Made by a program: the position numbers and the translations under genes. A DNA stretch of 64,000 bases from Haliotis cracherodii (Eukaryota). Below, piece by piece: positions 24,945-36,659 of the stretch (position 1 is the stretch's first letter; every line of letters starts with the position of its first letter). Below the pieces are notes generated by a model. It searched no databases. It was given only the letters and a program-made list of their open reading frames with translations, and was not told the origin of the DNA. Location: NCBI RefSeq assembly GCF_022045235.1, contig NW_027266275.1:80042001-80106000 (forward strand), read 5' to 3'.

Positions 24945-27228
24945 GATTATGATTATGAGATTTTTTGTATGATGTATTATGTTTTTAAGACAAATACACG
25001 TTTATGTTTGAAGGATATTGAGATAATGTATCCAAATTCCAAGGGACCTTTATCTGTGGAAGCCGGACCATTTGTAATTGAACACTCAGAAGAACGAAGT
25101 ATGGGCAGCATTACGGAGAGAAAACTGATACTGACCAATACTAAACAGGTTCGTTGACGTAACAATGTTCCAAATAATGAGACCATATTTCAGTCAGACA
25201 GAACTATGTAAATTGTAAACTATAATGCAATTTACGTTGCACGTATAGTAGTTAAGCCAATAGTAATCTTCCCGAGGCAAGAGCGTCCACCAGCCTTTTT
25301 CATCAAAGTCTTGTAGAAACTAGCCTTTGATATAGGCTGGTGGACACGCCTGCCTCGGGAAGATGGCTAATAGTATACAATCGTTTTCAACACAATAACT
25401 ATAATTTCATGCAATGAGATTTAGTGTACTGTAGGAACTGTGTGATTCTGGCGAACAGTGATAGATACATGTATGCATGTAATTTACATAGTCAGATTTG
25501 GACATCGTCAACAGAACATAAACTTGATACTACCCCTCAGTAGGAACGCACTAGGGTAACACTTCAATGTGGTTGTTTTTCTATGATCAGGTCTTTCGTC
25601 TCACAGAGATGAGCTAAACGTTTACAAATATTACATATGTACTCATATCTACGTACGTTGACGTATACTTTAACAAACATGACTCTAATACTCTTTATTA
25701 TCGGTCAATATCACGAAAACATTATTGCAAATCTATGCAGAACTACTTTTGTCATCAACCTTTGAACTACAGGGTTCGTGTCAGACTATCATTGTCCTGA
25801 GTCTCCAATCGCTGTCTGTATGTATGTCACGTGATCCGGGTGGGTTGCTGGAGCTGGTCAGCAGAGTGGCCGACGTTGTCCGTGATGTCCAGCACAAGGT
25901 CCTTGTACACTGCTCGTGAGCTTCTCATGTTTACCTCTCATCTAAATAGTGTTTTTCTGAAACAAAAACATTTAATCGGGAAACAAGAAAACGATCAATG
26001 CTATATACAGGTCAACAAGGAATGTATTTCTCAACAAACATTCGTTCATCCAGAATGTCGATAATACATACGGTATCGGCCGGAATAACCGGTTCCACTG
26101 TATATGTCGTACATACAAAGGGACATCTTCAGAGTTTAAGAAAATAAATTCAACTTCTTAAAGCCAAATCCCATATGTAACTCTCTATTTCAGTGACGGT
26201 GCCCGGATGTGTGGGGTGTTCTGCGGTGTCCTGAACACCATCAGCAGATTGAGGCTGGACTCTGTGGTGGACATCTATCTGACCATCAGGGAGCTGCAGT
26301 TGGCCAGGCCACAGTTTATACAATCTTTCGTAAGTACAACTTGAATATGTTGAAGCAGCACGTGTGGTCCCGCGGATTAGGACACCGTGTGGCGAGGAGT
26401 GCCAGGATCCGCTGATTTAACGTTTAAGGCCACAGTTCACCGCAATTACCCATGGTCATTCGTGATCAGCACAATATCCGTGCTCTTGAGTTACAGCGCA
26501 GTTGTTAACGCCTACGACCTACGTCACTTTCCTCTTCCCCCTACATTACGCGAACATGCCGCAACTTAAATACAATACTGTTTTCTAAGCGGCTTTGCGA
26601 TCAGATCACTCACATACTCGCATATTGTAAAATGCTGTATTGTAATTCCCTTTCCTTTGTTTCCTCTCAATATGATTTAACCTTTCATCCTTTCTCCCGT
26701 ATCATATGAATGACATGCGAGTTTATATCAAAGTAGAGGACAATCAAATAGAGCAATGATACACATCCGAGTCTGGAGACCAACAGAGCTGAATTTACAA
26801 ATGTTGAATGCCATGAAATATCGAATTAGTTTTCAGTGAGGAAACTAAAATCATAGCCTAATAAGGCGGAAGATTCTATAACCCAATTTCTGTATCGAAA
26901 TATCAATGCGATCTTATTGATAATAATGATAAAACACGAAATGTAACTTGTTGATACGACCTCGATTAATTGTAGGCATTTAAGAATTCATTTGCCTGTT
27001 GTCCTGTTTGTCATTCCAACTGTCACTGTGCAATTGGAAACACGACATCAAGGACTGTCATGGGTGATGCTGTTCGTTGTCAGCAGGAAGTAGTTCTGTA
27101 GTAGCAATGGACACTTCGGGGATGTGGTGAATTATATTACCCCGTTTGTTTTGCAGGCTGACTACAAGTACTGCTATCACGTGGCGAGGGAATACATCTG
27201 CGGCAACAACGTCTACGACAACATGTGA
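2953..27228 (+). CDS. Gene A: receptor-type protein tyrosine phosphatase with F-type lectin + MEGF-like EGF ectodomain and tandem PTP D1/D2 (about 937 aa, 24 coding exons)
   Basis: Hand-spliced GT-AG exons: 2953-3010, 4345-4437, 5103-5351, 7354-7533, 7934-8071, 9238-9375, 9803-9890, 10458-10540, 11149-11309, 11716-11803, 12622-12695, 12855-12891, 13450-13547, 13783-13911, 14694-14839, 15323-15458, 16258-16398, 17113-17206, 17318-17391, 17593-17715, 25014-25148, 25773-25915, 26194-26329, 27157-27228. Total 2814 nt, all phases compatible, no internal stop. Motifs: signal [23 protein letters not shown]...AVDG...CTHT...WWRV...IYNR...[86 protein letters not shown]2 [10 protein letters not shown], end NVYDNM*. 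Confidence 0.92.
5103..7533 (+). CDS. Gene A F-type lectin (fucolectin/galactose-binding-like) domain, exons 5103-5351 and 7354-7533
   Basis: [15 protein letters not shown]...ADLAVDG...[16 protein letters not shown]...MTIYNRQG|[17 protein letters not shown]...[29 protein letters not shown] matches the F-type lectin consensus pattern. Confidence 0.85.
5440..6845. repeat. 20 bp minisatellite (actgtataacaaccatgt[c/a]t), about 70 copies, gene A intron 3
   Basis: Exact 20 bp periodicity. Confidence 0.97.
9450..9685 (-). mobile_element. tRNA-derived SINE family C copy
   Basis: Reverse-complement similarity to 12257-12538, including the B-box ggttcgaatccc. Confidence 0.7.
10151..10320. mobile_element. 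pogo/Tigger-like MITE; second copy at 60663-60837
   Basis: Repeated inverted gttataacgaac / gttcgttataa motifs, TA-flanked. The two copies align. Confidence 0.65.
12257..12538 (+). mobile_element. tRNA-derived SINE family C
   Basis: A-box-like tggcccagtcg, B-box gggttcgaatccc, shared 3' tail and (ACTC)n. Fragments also at about 810-860 and 3590-3650. Confidence 0.75.
12935..13204 (-). mobile_element. SINE family A (Nin/Deu-domain-like core)
   Basis: Core atgcttgtcgtaagaggcgactaacgg on the minus strand, (CAAA)n tail, TSD tgagaaa[a/g]cttt. Confidence 0.8.
14285..14456 (+). mobile_element. SINE family B with long (ACTC)n tail
   Basis: gttcgattcccc B-box and gccgtggtattgctggaatattgctaaa tail. 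Confidence 0.8.
14694..15458 (+). CDS. Gene A PTP D1 catalytic exons (WPD loop; HCS|AGVGRTG split by a phase-2 intron; Q loop)
   Basis: TWPDHDVP...PLLVHCS | [13 protein letters not shown]...MVQTV, with canonical splice sites. Confidence 0.95.
15899..16143 (-). mobile_element. SINE family A inserted within a (GATATG)n microsatellite region
   Basis: Family A consensus, TSD tcatgattat, GATATG repeats on both sides. Confidence 0.8.
16818..17083 (+). mobile_element. SINE family A
   Basis: cctgtgaagatccggggtagaataggtcttcagcaacccatgcttgtcg ... gcggcgttaaacaacaaacaaac. Confidence 0.85.
17752..17868 (+). mobile_element. SINE family B
   Basis: gaagacccgggttcgattccc, TSD tctttgc[g/a]gttgt. Confidence 0.8.
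18290..19200 (+). mobile_element. Crypton-like tyrosine recombinase (DUF3504-type) remnant in gene A intron 20
   Basis: [44 protein letters not shown]...ILWDNKELG and [20 protein letters not shown] resemble Crypton/ZMYM-QRICH1 DUF3504 motifs. Many stops. Confidence 0.65.
19637..23553. mobile_element. Non-autonomous DNA transposon with about 140 bp subterminal inverted repeat arrays, interrupted by a LINE
   Basis: The left end (19640-19790) carries repeated aaattctccccc/tataccggtacag motifs. The right end (23410-23553) carries their reverse complements (gggggagatttt, ctgtaccggtata). Confidence 0.6.
20480..23383. mobile_element. I/Nimb-like LINE, rearranged: RT C-part (+, 20480-20646), RT core (-, 20647-21093), ORF1 end + APE endonuclease + RT N-part (+, 21094-23383)
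   Basis: APE motifs [38 protein letters not shown]-part APGFD...IPKPNKP...[17 protein letters not shown] core QSGF...[13 protein letters not shown]...[15 protein letters not shown]...FADD on the minus strand. [17 protein letters not shown]...CLTCSNWG on the plus strand. Cys/His knuckle CIHCKSIQH near 21195. Confidence 0.88.
23785..24795. mobile_element. Interspersed non-autonomous element ending in a 152 bp hairpin; partial second copy at 34714-35314
   Basis: 23785-24372 is near-identical to 34714-35314. ttatcatataat ... attatatgataa inverted motif. Hairpin at 24644-24795. Confidence 0.7.
24862..24943. repeat. (GT)n microsatellite
   Basis: About 41 GT units. Confidence 0.98.
25262..25368. 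mobile_element. Small palindromic MITE/hairpin
   Basis: atcttcccgaggca..gcgtccaccagcct / aggctggtggacacgcctgcctcgggaagat inverted arms. Confidence 0.7.
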
Positions 27229-27469
27229 CCCAGTGTTCGACGTGGTATAATATAACATGACATCATGCAGAAGATCCGTGTTACATGTGGGATGATCTTC
27301 CGTTTCATCATAATTACAGAAGTCACTTTAAAGACTCTATGCTGCAAAATGTACATTACAATAATACAGTGCAGTTATATACTAGGAATACTATTTAAAG
27401 GACCCCTGTCATTTCTGTATAATAATACAGAATATAGAATAAGATGAACAGATTCAGTCCTGCTTCAGA

Positions 27470-27910
27470 ACTGAGGGACAACTTCAGGCTGCCACAGGAA
27501 TCCAACTCATGACGTCAACGATACGAGACAGGCTGAAAACTGCGGATCTGAAATCAAAATATACTTCTTGAGGAATGCGTCTGACTGTGGGACACAGGCG
27601 CTGTGCGCTGTGGTTTGTGGTCCTCGCAGAGGGCGTGATGCAGTCGACTGTCTGAGGCAGCAATGTGACACAACTTTGCCCTGACCAGCCAAATCTCCAG
27701 ACATGTCACTGATTGAACACCTTTGGGATTGCTCTGGGCCGAAGGGTTCACAACCGACCTCAGCGGTATCGGAATTTGCAACAGCTTGGGCAGACCTTAC
27801 AAGCAGAATGGCGAAGGATACAAAAGGAAACAATCCGGCGTTTGATATGAGTGTGCCCAGAAGATGTCGTGCCTGCATCGATGCTTATGGGGCAGGGACC
27901 AGATATTGAC
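27470..27910 (+). mobile_element. Tc1-family transposase remnant just downstream of the gene A stop
   Basis: SPDMSLIEHLWD...SVPRRCRACIDAYGAGTRY is the typical Tc1 transposase C-terminus. Confidence 0.75.
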
Positions 27911-28214
27911 TTGACTATGAAGATTGAATTCCATGACGTCATTTATTTACATATCATTTTTTGAATATATTGTTCCAAGCGTATATTTGTGGTCTGACCT
28001 CTATAACCTGAAACACTTTGCACATGTCAGGAACACCTATACCGCCAGGCATCCTACATGTGACATCCATCAAAGTCAACGTCAGAGCATGTGACCCTAT
28101 TACATCGTATTGTGAGTGACTGAGCTTTGTGTCGCATACGTGCATTATCCAAGCCGTATCCCGGCACGTACCTTTTGTCACATCAACACGTTTCTTACAG
28201 GGCTTTGGCGCTAT

Positions 28215-30780
28215 TGTGACGTAATATCAACATGTGACGCTAGTGTCTTATATTATGACACATATCGACGTGGTGCTAGTACATTGTAACGTGACGGAAT
28301 ATCAACATGTGAGGCTAGTGTCTTATATCATGACACATATCGACGTGGGGCTAGTACATTGTAACATGGCTGAATATCAACATGTGACGCTAGTGTCTTA
28401 TATTATAACATATATCGACGTGAGGCTAGTACATTGTAACGTATTAGAATATCAACATATGACGCTAGTGTCTTATATTATGACACATATCGACGTGAGG
28501 CTAAAACATTGTAACATGACGGAATATCAACATGTGAGACTAGTGTCTTATATTATAACATATATCGACGTGAGGCTAGTACATTGTAACATGGCGGAAT
28601 ATCAACATGTGACGCTTGTGTCTTATATTATGACATATATCGACGTGAGGCTAGTACATTGTAACATGACGGAATATCAACATGTGAGGCTAGTGTCTTA
28701 TATTATGACATATATCGACGTGAGGCTAAAACATTGTAACATGACAGAATATCAACATGTGAGACTAGTGTCTTATATTATAACACATATCGACGTGAGG
28801 CTAGTACATTGTAACATGGCGGAATGTCAACATCTGACGCTTGTGTCTTATATTATGACATATATCGACGTGAGGCTAGAACATTGTAACATGACGGAAT
28901 ATCAACATGTGAGGCTAGTGTCTTATATTATGACACATATCGACGTGAGCCTAGTACATTGTAACATGACGGAATATCAACATGTGATGCTAGTGTCTTA
29001 TATTATGACATATCGACGTGAGCCTAGTACATTGTAACATGACGGAATATCAACATGTGAGACTAGTGTCTTATATTATGACACATATCGACGTGAGGCT
29101 AGTACATTGTAACATGACGGAATATCAACATGTGACGCTAGTGTCTTATATTATGACACATATCGACGTGAGGCTAGTACATTGTAACATGACAGAATAT
29201 CAACATGTGACGCTAGTGTCTTATATTATGACACATATCGACGTGAGGCTAGTACATTGTAACATAACGGAATATCAACATGTGACGCTAGTGTCTTATA
29301 TTATGACATATATCGACGTGAGGCTAGTACATTGTAACATGACGGAATATCAACATGTGACGCTAGTGTCTTATATTATGACACATATCAACGTGAGGCT
29401 AGTACATTGTAACATGGCTGAATATCAACATGTGACGCTAGTGTCTTATATTATGACACATATCGACGTGAGGCTAGTACATTGTAACATGACGGAATAT
29501 CAACATGTGAGGCTAGTGTCTTATATTATGACACATATCGACGTGAGGCTAGTACATTGTAACATGACAGAATATCAACATGTGACGCTAGTGTCTTATA
29601 TTATGACACATATTGACGTGAGGCTAGTACATTGTAACATGACAGAATATCAACATGTGACGCTAGTGTCTTATATTATGACACATATCGACGTGAGGCT
29701 AGTACATTGTAACATGATAGAATATCAACATGTGAGGCTAGTGTCTTATATTATGACACATATCGACGTGAGGCTAGTACATTGTAACATGACGGAATAT
29801 CAACATGTAACGCTAGTGTCTTATATTATGACACATATCGACGTGAGGCTAGTACATTGTAACATGACAGAATATCAACATGTGAGGCTAGTGTTTTATA
29901 TTATGTCACATATCGACGTGAGGCTAGTACATTGTAACGTGACGGAATATCAACATGTGAGGCTAGTGTCTTATATTATGTCACATATCGACGTGAGGCT
30001 AGTACATTGTAACAAAACGGAATATCAACATCTGACGCTAGTGTCTTATATTATGACATATATCGACGTGAGGCTAGTACATTGTAACAAAACGGAATAT
30101 CAACATCTGACGCTAGTGTCTTATATTATGACATATATCGACGTGAGCCTAGTACATTGTAACGTGACGGAATATCAACATGTGAGGCTAGTGTCTTATA
30201 TTATGACACATATCGACGTGAGGCTAGTACATTGTAACATGACAGAATATCAACATGTGAGGCTAGTGTCTTATATTATGACATATATCGACGTGAGGCT
30301 AGTACATTGTAACATGACGGAATATCAACATGTGAGGCTAGTGTCTTATATTATGACACATATCGACGTGAGGCTAGTACATTGTAACATGACGGAATAT
30401 CAACATGTGAGGCTAGTGTCTTATATTATGACATATATCGACGTGAGGCTAGTACATTGTAACATGACGGAATATCAACATGTGACGCTAGTGTCTTATA
30501 TTATGACACATATCGACGTGAGGCTAGAACATTGTAACATGACGGAATATCAACATGTGAGGCTAGTGTCTTATATTATGACACATATCGACGTGAGGCT
30601 AGTAAATTGTAACATGACGGAATATCAACATGTGACGCTAGTGTCTTATATTATGACACATATCGACGTGAGGCTAAAACATTGTAACATGACGGAATAT
30701 CAACATCTGACGCTAGTGTCTTATATTATGACACATATCGACGTGAGGCTAGTACATTGTAACATGACAGAATATCAACA
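28215..30780. repeat. 75 bp satellite, about 34 copies
   Basis: Unit gacggaatatcaacatgtgaggctagtgtcttatattatgacacatatcgacgtgaggctagtacattgtaacat. The register recurs every 300 bp. Confidence 0.97.
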
Positions 30781-30958
30781 CCCTAAGCAGTCATCTTCCA
30801 TGATGACACTCAATATTTGAGACATGATTAATTAAAACATCACATTCATCAGTGTTTTTGAGGTAATTCCTTGTAGTGGAATAATAAAGCAATTATATGT
30901 ACAGACGAACTACATTTTTATTTCATTTAGTTTTCATGGTGCTATTGATGATCATATA

Positions 30959-31308
30959 TAGTGGTCGGACGATACACCGATGCATCGGTGGTTTGCGATA
31001 TTTTACTTCCCGATAAAAGTATCGATCGCAGTCGCACACTAAGTTAAAAATATCAATTTATACCTTAAATGTTTACTTTAATGGCTGTTACACCAAACAC
31101 TAATTAGTAGTGTAATTTAGTACTGTAAAAGTAAATATTTTAATACATTGCGCCACTACCAACTGTAAATCGTCAGTGTCCCAGGTATTTGGCCATCTTG
31201 TCTATGAAAGAGATGGCTTACATACGAGTATCGTGATACTTATCGGATCGTGAACAACGTATCGTGGTATGTATCGGATCGCGCAGTTGGTGTATCGTCC
31301 CAGGACTA
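30959..31308. mobile_element. hAT-like MITE
   Basis: Ends tagtggtcggacgatacacc / ggtgtatcgtcccaggacta with subterminal tatcg repeats. No clear TSD. Confidence 0.55.
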
Positions 31309-33017
31309 ATAAAAATGTGTAAAAAATCGCAAAGAACAATGAACGTCATGTCTAGAGATTTCAACATGCGCTGGCAACTTACTAGTCGACGTTATGTTTG
31401 CGAAGGGAATGTTCAGTGAGGTGTTCCCCATAGATGTAGCTGGACAACGCAGTTTTTTATTGTCAAATAAACAACTACCACTCGCCGTTTATTTCTCAAT
31501 TAACATAGTAGTCTTGCTTGACAACGGTATAAGGATCTATACCGAAACGTCGCTTTTCACAGTATCAAAGCATAGTGTGATGGTTGAAATTCATTTTTTG
31601 ATGTCAACGTTTTCAGTAAAAGAGTAGATGTTTGCTTTTTATTACAAGGCTTGGACGTATTCTGGCACATGGGCAACATACTAATAGACTGCAAGCACAG
31701 TATTGGCACTGATGCCATCAAACGTTTTTATTCCGGAGCATCCTACATGGCAATAGCTACAAATAAGGAGAGGAGAACAGATATCACACGTGTACAAGTG
31801 GACGGTGTCTTAGTATTACAATCATGGTGTGTGGTTCATTATTCGTTTCAAATGTATATTGGACTATGTTGAAGTAGTGTTGTTGTCACTGATGGGCGTA
31901 CTCGTGTCTGACTCCGAGTATAAACTGTGTGTATTTCACTTCCTCGTGTACATGCAGTTCGTGGACAGACACTACATAAGTCGTGTGCTTCATTGCTGTC
32001 GCCGGGTCCGTGTAAGTAGCACATTCTTCGGCTCTCGTTGATGAATGGATGTTCGAATATTTATCTGTGATAGCGTTTATGTCAACCAGGTGTAGTTTGA
32101 GGGAGTGAGAAAAAACACAAAGACAGTTTTGATGGTACAGCCCTGTCAATGGGATTGTCGCAGTCAGTTGTATAGACACGCATATCTGCATATAATAGCA
32201 TTGAACGTTTTCTATATTGGGAAATTAACTGTAACCTATGGGGTTACTATTTTAAGACATGAATTTGAATGCATATAATAAAATCGAATATATATTCTAA
32301 TTAGCTGACAAAGGAAATATTTTAAGAGGAATTTATTTCTTGCCTTGAAACATTAAGGGGAATAATGATAGATGTGGTCATATGGAAAACACTTGTAAAT
32401 GTTTCAGTTATAACTCAAATTAAATATGGAAGCAACAGCTAAAATGTGTTTCAAGAGGCTCTTCTACAAACAATGTGGTCAAATAAGGGTCTCTTTTGTC
32501 CACATGAACGTTATTGGAAACGTTCACATGACCGAGAACTAGCATTAAAATAGCGTTACATTTGGCGACCACACAAATATGTAGTTTAAAGCAGTAAGGC
32601 AACTTGTAAAAAGATATTCTTTGATCACAGATTTGCTGAAAACCTTCCTCTAAAAAAATCAGTTCTCTTTCAAGCAATTGAACTACGTTTTTGCACTTAA
32701 TAATACTATGAATAACTACGGAAGCGTAGTAGTGCCACATGTTAACATATTTTTATCACCTACGTAGGACTTTTTATCTCCTACATTTTATCTTCGGAAC
32801 AAAGATGTTTACCTACTAAAGCGGAAGTTAATTTCTATAGTTGAATGTTACATTTGGTCTTAGCTCAACGCAAAGCGGGTTTGGAGATAGAAGCATGGTT
32901 TTCAAGTTATCAAGGCATATTTAAGCGTTTTGATTTATTAGGAGATTAATTTGTGGTTGAAAACAAAATGAAATAACTTCTCCAGACAGCTCCACTTTAC
33001 ATACATACTTTTATATA

Positions 33018-34595
33018 TACTGAACAGATAAGAAACGTCGTATTTTTGGATTATTAGGACATAATTGTGAATGATCAAAATTGTAATTTCTCTTCATGAA
33101 TGTTTTTTAGACTTTAAAAAAAGCCAGTTTATGACATTCAACGGATAATACCGGTTGCGTTCGGTGTAACAGTTGTGAACCTTGGGAACTATGAGATGCC
33201 CGTGGGAGCAAGTTGCAAGTGATGCACAGCAAAAATGAAATCCACGTGAAACATGTGCCAGGGTTCTGTATAAGAACCACCTGACACCTACTGAGAATTC
33301 AGTTGCTTTGTGAAGACAGCGACCATGTCACGACTATCCTCCCAACAACGTGAACAAGCCATCGGACGATTAAACGCCGGTCAACGTACCATTGCCAATG
33401 CTTTCAACTGCAGTGTACGAACCATTGAAAGACTTCGGATTCGTTACAACACCACCAACAACACTAATGACCGTCCACGCAGTGGTCGTCGCCTAGTCAC
33501 AACACCAAGACAAGATCGCTTCATCCTGCGGCAACATCTGCAGGACAGATTCACAACAGTGGCACAGACAGCTCATCAGACCATTGGCAACCATCAGCGA
33601 CCCATTGGCAACCATCAGGCAATCAGACCATTGGCAACCATCAGCGACCCATCAGTGCTGACACTGTTCGAAATCGGCTCGCCGGCCAGAACCTGTCTTG
33701 TCGCCGTCCACACAGGGGTCCAGTGCTCACTCCTCATCATCGTCAGCAACGTCTTGCGTGGACCACCCAACGACAACATTGGCGGCATCAGCAGTGGAGG
33801 ACCCACGTGTTCTCAGATGAGAGTCGGTACTGCATTTCCACTGCAGATGGCAGAGTACGAGTGCGGCGAAGGAGAGGTGAACGTTTAACAGAACAGTGTG
33901 TGGTTGAAAGAGACCCGTGGGGAGGACCAAGCATGATGGTATGAGGTGCAATCGGCATCAATCAGAAACTTGGACCTGTTGTCTTCTAGAATATTGGCTC
34001 AGGCAGAGGCCATGGAGTCACAGCCGCCCGTTACATCGACCAGGTTCTCCGACCCCAGGTTGTACCTCATTTTGCAAGACTCCGAAACCACACCTTCCAG
34101 CATGACAACGCCCGTCCACACACTGCCATAGCCACCATGACCTTCCTCCAACAGCATAACATCAGACTAATGCCATGGCCTTCACTCAGCCCGGACTTAA
34201 ACCCAATTGAACACTTGTGGGATGACATCCAAAGACGACTAAACCAGATCCAACCGTGTCCAAGAAATGCAGCAGAACTCAGTGCAGCTTTCCTCAGGGT
34301 CTGGGCGCAGATTCCAATGGCGTCTGTAAACCGTTTGTGCCACTCCATGTACAGAAGATGCCGGGCCGTTATCAACGCAGAAGGTGGACACACCAGGTAC
34401 CGACTTTCAGCCTCCACTGTGAGGATCACGTGATCAGACCCTCGATATGACATTGCAATTACATAACTGACACTCAAGCAATCCTTTGTGCCAAAGGTGG
34501 TTGTCTTCTGACAATTATTTTTTTGCATTATTGACATTTGAATAAACAGTTCACCAATTTCTGTATTCTTGCGACGTTTCTTTATCTGTTCAGTA
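33018..34595 (+). mobile_element. Tc1-family (DD34E) DNA transposon, full length, disrupted transposase from 33325
   Basis: TIRs TACTGAACAGATAAGAAACGTCG / CGACGTTTCTTTATCTGTTCAGTA with TA duplication. VFSDESRY, FQHDNARPHT and 34 residues to the E of SPDLNPIEHLW. Internal short tandem duplication near 33575-33655, frameshift and a TGA near 33942. Confidence 0.93.
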
Positions 34596-34713
34596 TACAT
34601 ACGACTAAACTGATCCAAACCGTTCGATGTTGAAATGGAGATTATCTATTTTTCTATGTCTCATCGACTGTGTTTGTCAGACCACCCTACCTATTTGCTT
34701 GGCAATAGTATAA

Positions 34714-35314
34714 TCATATTTATCATATAATGGGTAGGTTTCTCGTCAGGATAAAGCCAACGGATAAAAACGATATCCGTCGGGGTCATATGCGGATAGA
34801 GATGCAAATATCAAAGGTCAAGTAGGGACTACTTTCACTGTTTATAAACAAACATGGAGTCGCCCTCGTCATTCTGCGATCGAGTCAGAATTAACCATCG
34901 GGAATATGGATAAACTACAGGGATAATTGCTATCATGACCAAAAGAACAGTATAATACACTGAAAATCAGTGTCTAACTGTAACGTAGCTAAGGTATTTT
35001 TTAAGTTTTTGCAACTTTGGAGATATAAATTTGGAAATTATTTTGCGAGGGCACGAGCCCTAGCCAAGCGAGATCAGTAGCCATATCTGTGCTTGTAGAC
35101 CTCTGCGGCTTGAAACCTTCGCCACAAATAAAAATAGTTGGATTTGGCCGAAATATGTTTGAACTGTAACCTTGTTTCGTTTTGTCGCTGTGTGTACATC
35201 TGACTACACTTCTTAACGTTATGACAGGACAGACCGATTGTCAACAACGTCTGAACGTTGCCGTGACGTCTCATAGACTAGGGTGAGAGTAACTTCCCTT
35301 TGACAAAGGGCAGT
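34714..35314. repeat. Second copy of the 23785-24372 interspersed element
   Basis: Direct near-identical match, for example ggataaagccaacggataaaaacgatatccg ... cttccctttgacaaagggcagt. Confidence 0.85.
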
Positions 35315-36659
35315 CATCATGTAGTGCCAAAATTTGTAAAACTTAGCGCGAGGTTTCAAATGTATAAATAAGAGGTTTCTAATCTACACTGGGGCTCCAT
35401 CAAATTTCTAACATGACGTCAAGAGCAGTTTAAAAACGGTGTTGTCTTGGAAACGCGTCATGTCACATGGGTGCAAGATCTTAACACATTCCGAAAATGG
35501 GTCACGGATAGTTATATCACAAATGTTCAATATTAAAATAGTCATTGACTTGATTATGTAAAAAACCGTTTCAAACAAATAGTTTTTGAAAAAGATACTT
35601 TCAAATGACTCTCTAGATGTATGTATCAATTCCATCGCAATCTGTTGCATATTGCACTATTTGGACTCATCCATGTCACTTCTTGGAAATCGACATGGCA
35701 TCTCCCATTGTAGGGGTGACAGGCTCTATAAACAGTGAAAGGAAAAGCTGAATGAATATATTTCGCCAACAAACTTTATTAAGTAACTGGAATTTAGTTT
35801 TTTGAAGTTGTACTTATGTAGCAGTTGGTTTGAAATAATTCCCCAACAGTAATACATATAACGAATGACTATCTCTCCATCCCGAACTTTGACGCGGCTG
35901 AATTTTAGCTGCAGACGACAACACGAGATATTCTGCTCATTTTTGTGACGGATGATTATGTGGCCCTGACGCAGTGGTTAATTGCGGATTGGAGGATTGA
36001 TTTAAAAGGGGTATCAGCAGTGAAAAAGGATAACTCTTTTTAACCAATCAGAATCAAGCTTTCTTCATTGTCATGGTAGAAGATTGATTTAATAACAATA
36101 ACAAACGGAATTTTCGTTACATTACACTTTGGTTTGATACAACTAATATTTTCACGCATTTAAATTTCTTTTGGCTGTGAGTCTCGTCAAACGAAACTGT
36201 AAGGCAGTGAATGAATGATATAAAATAAAGTATATTTGAGTGCATGTTGATCTTAAAATAATTATGTAATTAAAATAATTAAATTTTAAAATATCCCCTT
36301 ACACCATCCCCCCCCCCCCCTCCCCCCCCGGTTCACTTTGCCTGTGTTGTCTAACCATGCTTAAGTGCTTCCTCCATGGCTCAGTGTATTCCGTGTTGTC
36401 ACAGACTCGTATAATCTCTTTTGGAGAGACTACCAATGAGCATACGGGTGTTTGGGGTAGGGACAGCTTGGGACGGAGATTAATAAATAGTGTATTTATT
36501 CAAATTCTTTGTAATGGAATAAGATTAATTAACTGGTTTTCAATCAAGAAATGTAAGTGAAATAACACAGTTTGACAATATAGAGATTAATATATCAAAT
36601 AATAGAAAAAAATGTCGTAAGAACTCATAGTATCTGAAATACTTCATTTCAACAGTACA

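Noticed and set aside
2953-27228. Assigning a vertebrate symbol such as PTPRA, PTPRK, PTPRT or MEGF10
   Set aside because: The domain architecture matches none of them. Similarity would reflect shared domains rather than orthology.
28234-30820. 267 aa and 600 aa repetitive ORFs (MTEYQHVRLVSYIMTHIDVRLVHCN)n
   Set aside because: By-product of a 75 bp satellite whose length is a multiple of three. There is a frameshift near 29010, no unique N- or C-terminal domain and no splice evidence.
31320-32750. Short ORFs between the two genes
   Set aside because: No recognisable domain and no consistent exon chain.
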